This document shows, piece by piece, positions 62,061-64,000 of a stretch of DNA of 64,000 nucleotides. The first letter of the stretch is position 1. Every line of letters begins with the position of its first letter. The DNA lies in the NCBI GenBank assembly GCA_905178155.1, contig CAJINV010000004.1, positions 1,998,391 through 2,062,390 of the forward strand. The letters run 5' to 3'. A model generated the notes under the pieces. The model saw nothing but the letters and a program-made list of their open reading frames with translations, was not told the DNA's origin and did no database searches. The translations under genes and the position numbers were made by a program. The DNA is from Amoebophrya sp. A120. Its lineage: Eukaryota > Protista > Dinoflagellata.

Positions 62061-63234
62061 TGCCAGAGCAATAAAAAATCAATATACTTTTCTGGTTCAA
62101 TAATGTAGCTAAACACTCACGGAAGTTCTAAACTTCGCTGCAATTCGTCCTTCGAGCGAGGAGACCAAAAAGCGGCCGAGCGGATTCAAAAAGCAAACGA
62201 AGCCGACGAATCGACGACCAAGATTTTCAAAGAGAGCAGTCACTCCTTCTGTCCCTCTCGTCTCTCGCCAAGATGTCTTCTTTCTCAGCACGATAACAAT
62301 GATGAACAATCAAACCAGATCGATGTAATAATGTGTTCGCATAAAGCCGCGGTGAATCCTCAGGAAATGGGGAATACTCAGTCGATGTACCTTTTATGGT
62401 CAGAATGAGGAAACAAGAATGAGCACTCCAGGAGAGTGGTGATTGAATGAGGATTTTTGAATGGAATGGTTACGGAGCATGTCGCGCAGCACGGAGAAGC
62501 CCTGCAACCCGCGTCAGCGATTTCCGTTGCCCGGAATTCGCCCAGCGAGGCTCGGTTCTCGTGACACAATAAATTTGGTTTGTTGATACTCCTCTGTCAC
62601 TAGCACAATCTCGCGATGAACTGGCGATTTTTCCGACGAGAAACGCTAGTCAACCGCTACTGTGAGTGGTAGAGGTATGAAATCGAAAATATCAAATCGT
62701 AGCCAGTTCTATCAAAAAAATCAGGTAGAGCTTTTGCAACGAAACATCGTAGTTCCGCAATAATAGTGCGACACTAAGAGCGTCACACCTGTGAAGGAGT
62801 TTGATGGTAGATAGACCTTTGTTCGGACCTCTACATGGAGGTTTAGAAGTTACGGCTTGTTGCCTTGCTCACGAGGAGCCACCTTAGGATTCGCTCTCGA
62901 AAAGGGTGATACCCTGGGGTCCACTCAACAAGCTAGGAATCATACAATAATTACCAGATATAATTTCTCGCATCAGAATAGTTAACTGCTCGAAAGTGCT
63001 GGAATCACAAGGATCATACAAGTTCAAATTCGTGTCTTGGTCTCGGAAACATGCATGGACAATTGTTATTTTCTTGAAACTATGACTCTGCTTCTGTTCT
63101 CCGGTGAAAGAAGAGGATGAACAGGAACAAAAAACTTACATAGTTATATCGAGAACAGAGAACCGTAAGAATGCACAAATAGGAGCTCAAAGACTGAAAT
63201 AAATGCAGTCTTTTCATCTTGTCGTACCTCGTCC

Positions 63235-64000
63235 CTAACGCGAACGGAGCTTGCCCCTTCCCTTCCCACCCGCGCGAGCCGCGCCGGCGCCCTGCATGCG
63301 CTCCAACTCGTCGGCTACGAGTTCCTCAACGCCGGCAGCCGGCTGCAGACACACGGCCACCTTGGTGCACTTTTTCCCGACGCTGGCCCACATGGTGGAC
63401 CTGTTTGCCATGCACTTACTGTTGCCGACGATGGTGAGCGACTCTTTCGCCCGGGACAGGGCCACGTTGCAGCGGTTCGGATTGCTGCAAAACCCGATGG
63501 TTCCCTCGGCGTTGGACCGGGAAGTGAGCAGGATGATGTGGTCGGCTTCCGAACCCTGGCAGGCGTCCACCGACACGATTTGCAACCTGTTTCCTGCAAG
63601 TTCATCTAGACCCGCCTTCCGCCACACCGCTTGCGCCAACCGCACCTGCGGCTTGTACATGCAGATCACGTACACGCTGCTGTTTGCACAGGCCTTCAGC
63701 TTGCGGGCCGCCTCGCGGACGGCGACCACCGTCTGGGCCGCGTTACAGAAGGACGTGCCCACCTTCGCTTCCGCTCCAGACACCTCGACCCAGCGGAGCC
63801 GGGGGTCACCCGCCGCGTCCTTCGTACCGCGCAGCCGCTGCTTGTTCTTCCCGGTGCGGAGCTGCTTTTGGTAGAACAACTCGGACACCAAATCGCAGAT
63901 TTCCGGGGGCATCCGGTACTGCTCCTTCAAACTTTGCTGGTCCGCCCCCGCGTCGCCGCACCGCTCCATCAAACTGCGGTCGATCTGATACTCGCGGGGC
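63235..64000 (-). CDS. UPF1/NAM7-like superfamily 1 helicase, C-terminal RecA2 domain (5' part outside the window)
   Basis: SLMER, LKEQYRMPPEI, SELFY, SVDACQGSEAD, IGF...NRCNVALSRAKESLTIVGN. Confidence 0.9.
   Translation of the reverse strand, partial: PREYQIDRSLMERCGDAGADQQSLKEQYRMPPEICDLVSELFYQKQLRTGKNKQRLRGTKDAAGDPRLRWVEVSGAEAKVGTSFCNAAQTVVAVREAARKLKACANSSVYVICMYKPQVRLAQAVWRKAGLDELAGNRLQIVSVDACQGSEADHIILLTSRSNAEGTIGFCSNPNRCNVALSRAKESLTIVGNSKCMANRSTMWASVGKKCTKVAVCLQPAAGVEELVADELERMQGAGAARAGGKGRGKLRSR

Overview
This is eukaryotic DNA, most likely a syndinian dinoflagellate such as Amoebophrya. That assignment is inferred from a DVNP gene, genes all on one strand, and dense inverted-repeat introners. 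Every gene I can support lies on the minus strand. The ORF track fragments most of them because they are split by ~150-450 nt non-canonical introns, which are MITE-like elements (TAT...ATA terminal inverted repeats with 5-bp direct repeats). Reconstructed genes, left to right: PRP38-family splicing factor; a secreted Cys-containing protein; a hypothetical protein; a four-gene cluster of Met/Lys-rich basic proteins (two 27-30 aa micro-proteins, a 68 aa protein with a non-DVNP basic domain, and a canonical DVNP); a decayed RT/RNase H retroelement; a Rab-like GTPase fused to a selenocysteine lyase/NifS domain; ArfGAP2/3 (Glo3); a kinase pseudogene; a large E2 (UBC) plus S1-repeat protein; three paralogs with a ubiquitin-like N-terminus; a choline-kinase/APH-like phosphotransferase; a T4 Rnl1-like RNA ligase fused to a Cys phosphatase; and the C-terminus of a UPF1-like helicase. 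The best novelty candidates are the DVNP-linked MAKMM nucleoprotein cluster, the GTPase-lyase and ligase-phosphatase fusions, and apparent orientation-independent introner splicing. Exon models were spliced by hand without RNA data.
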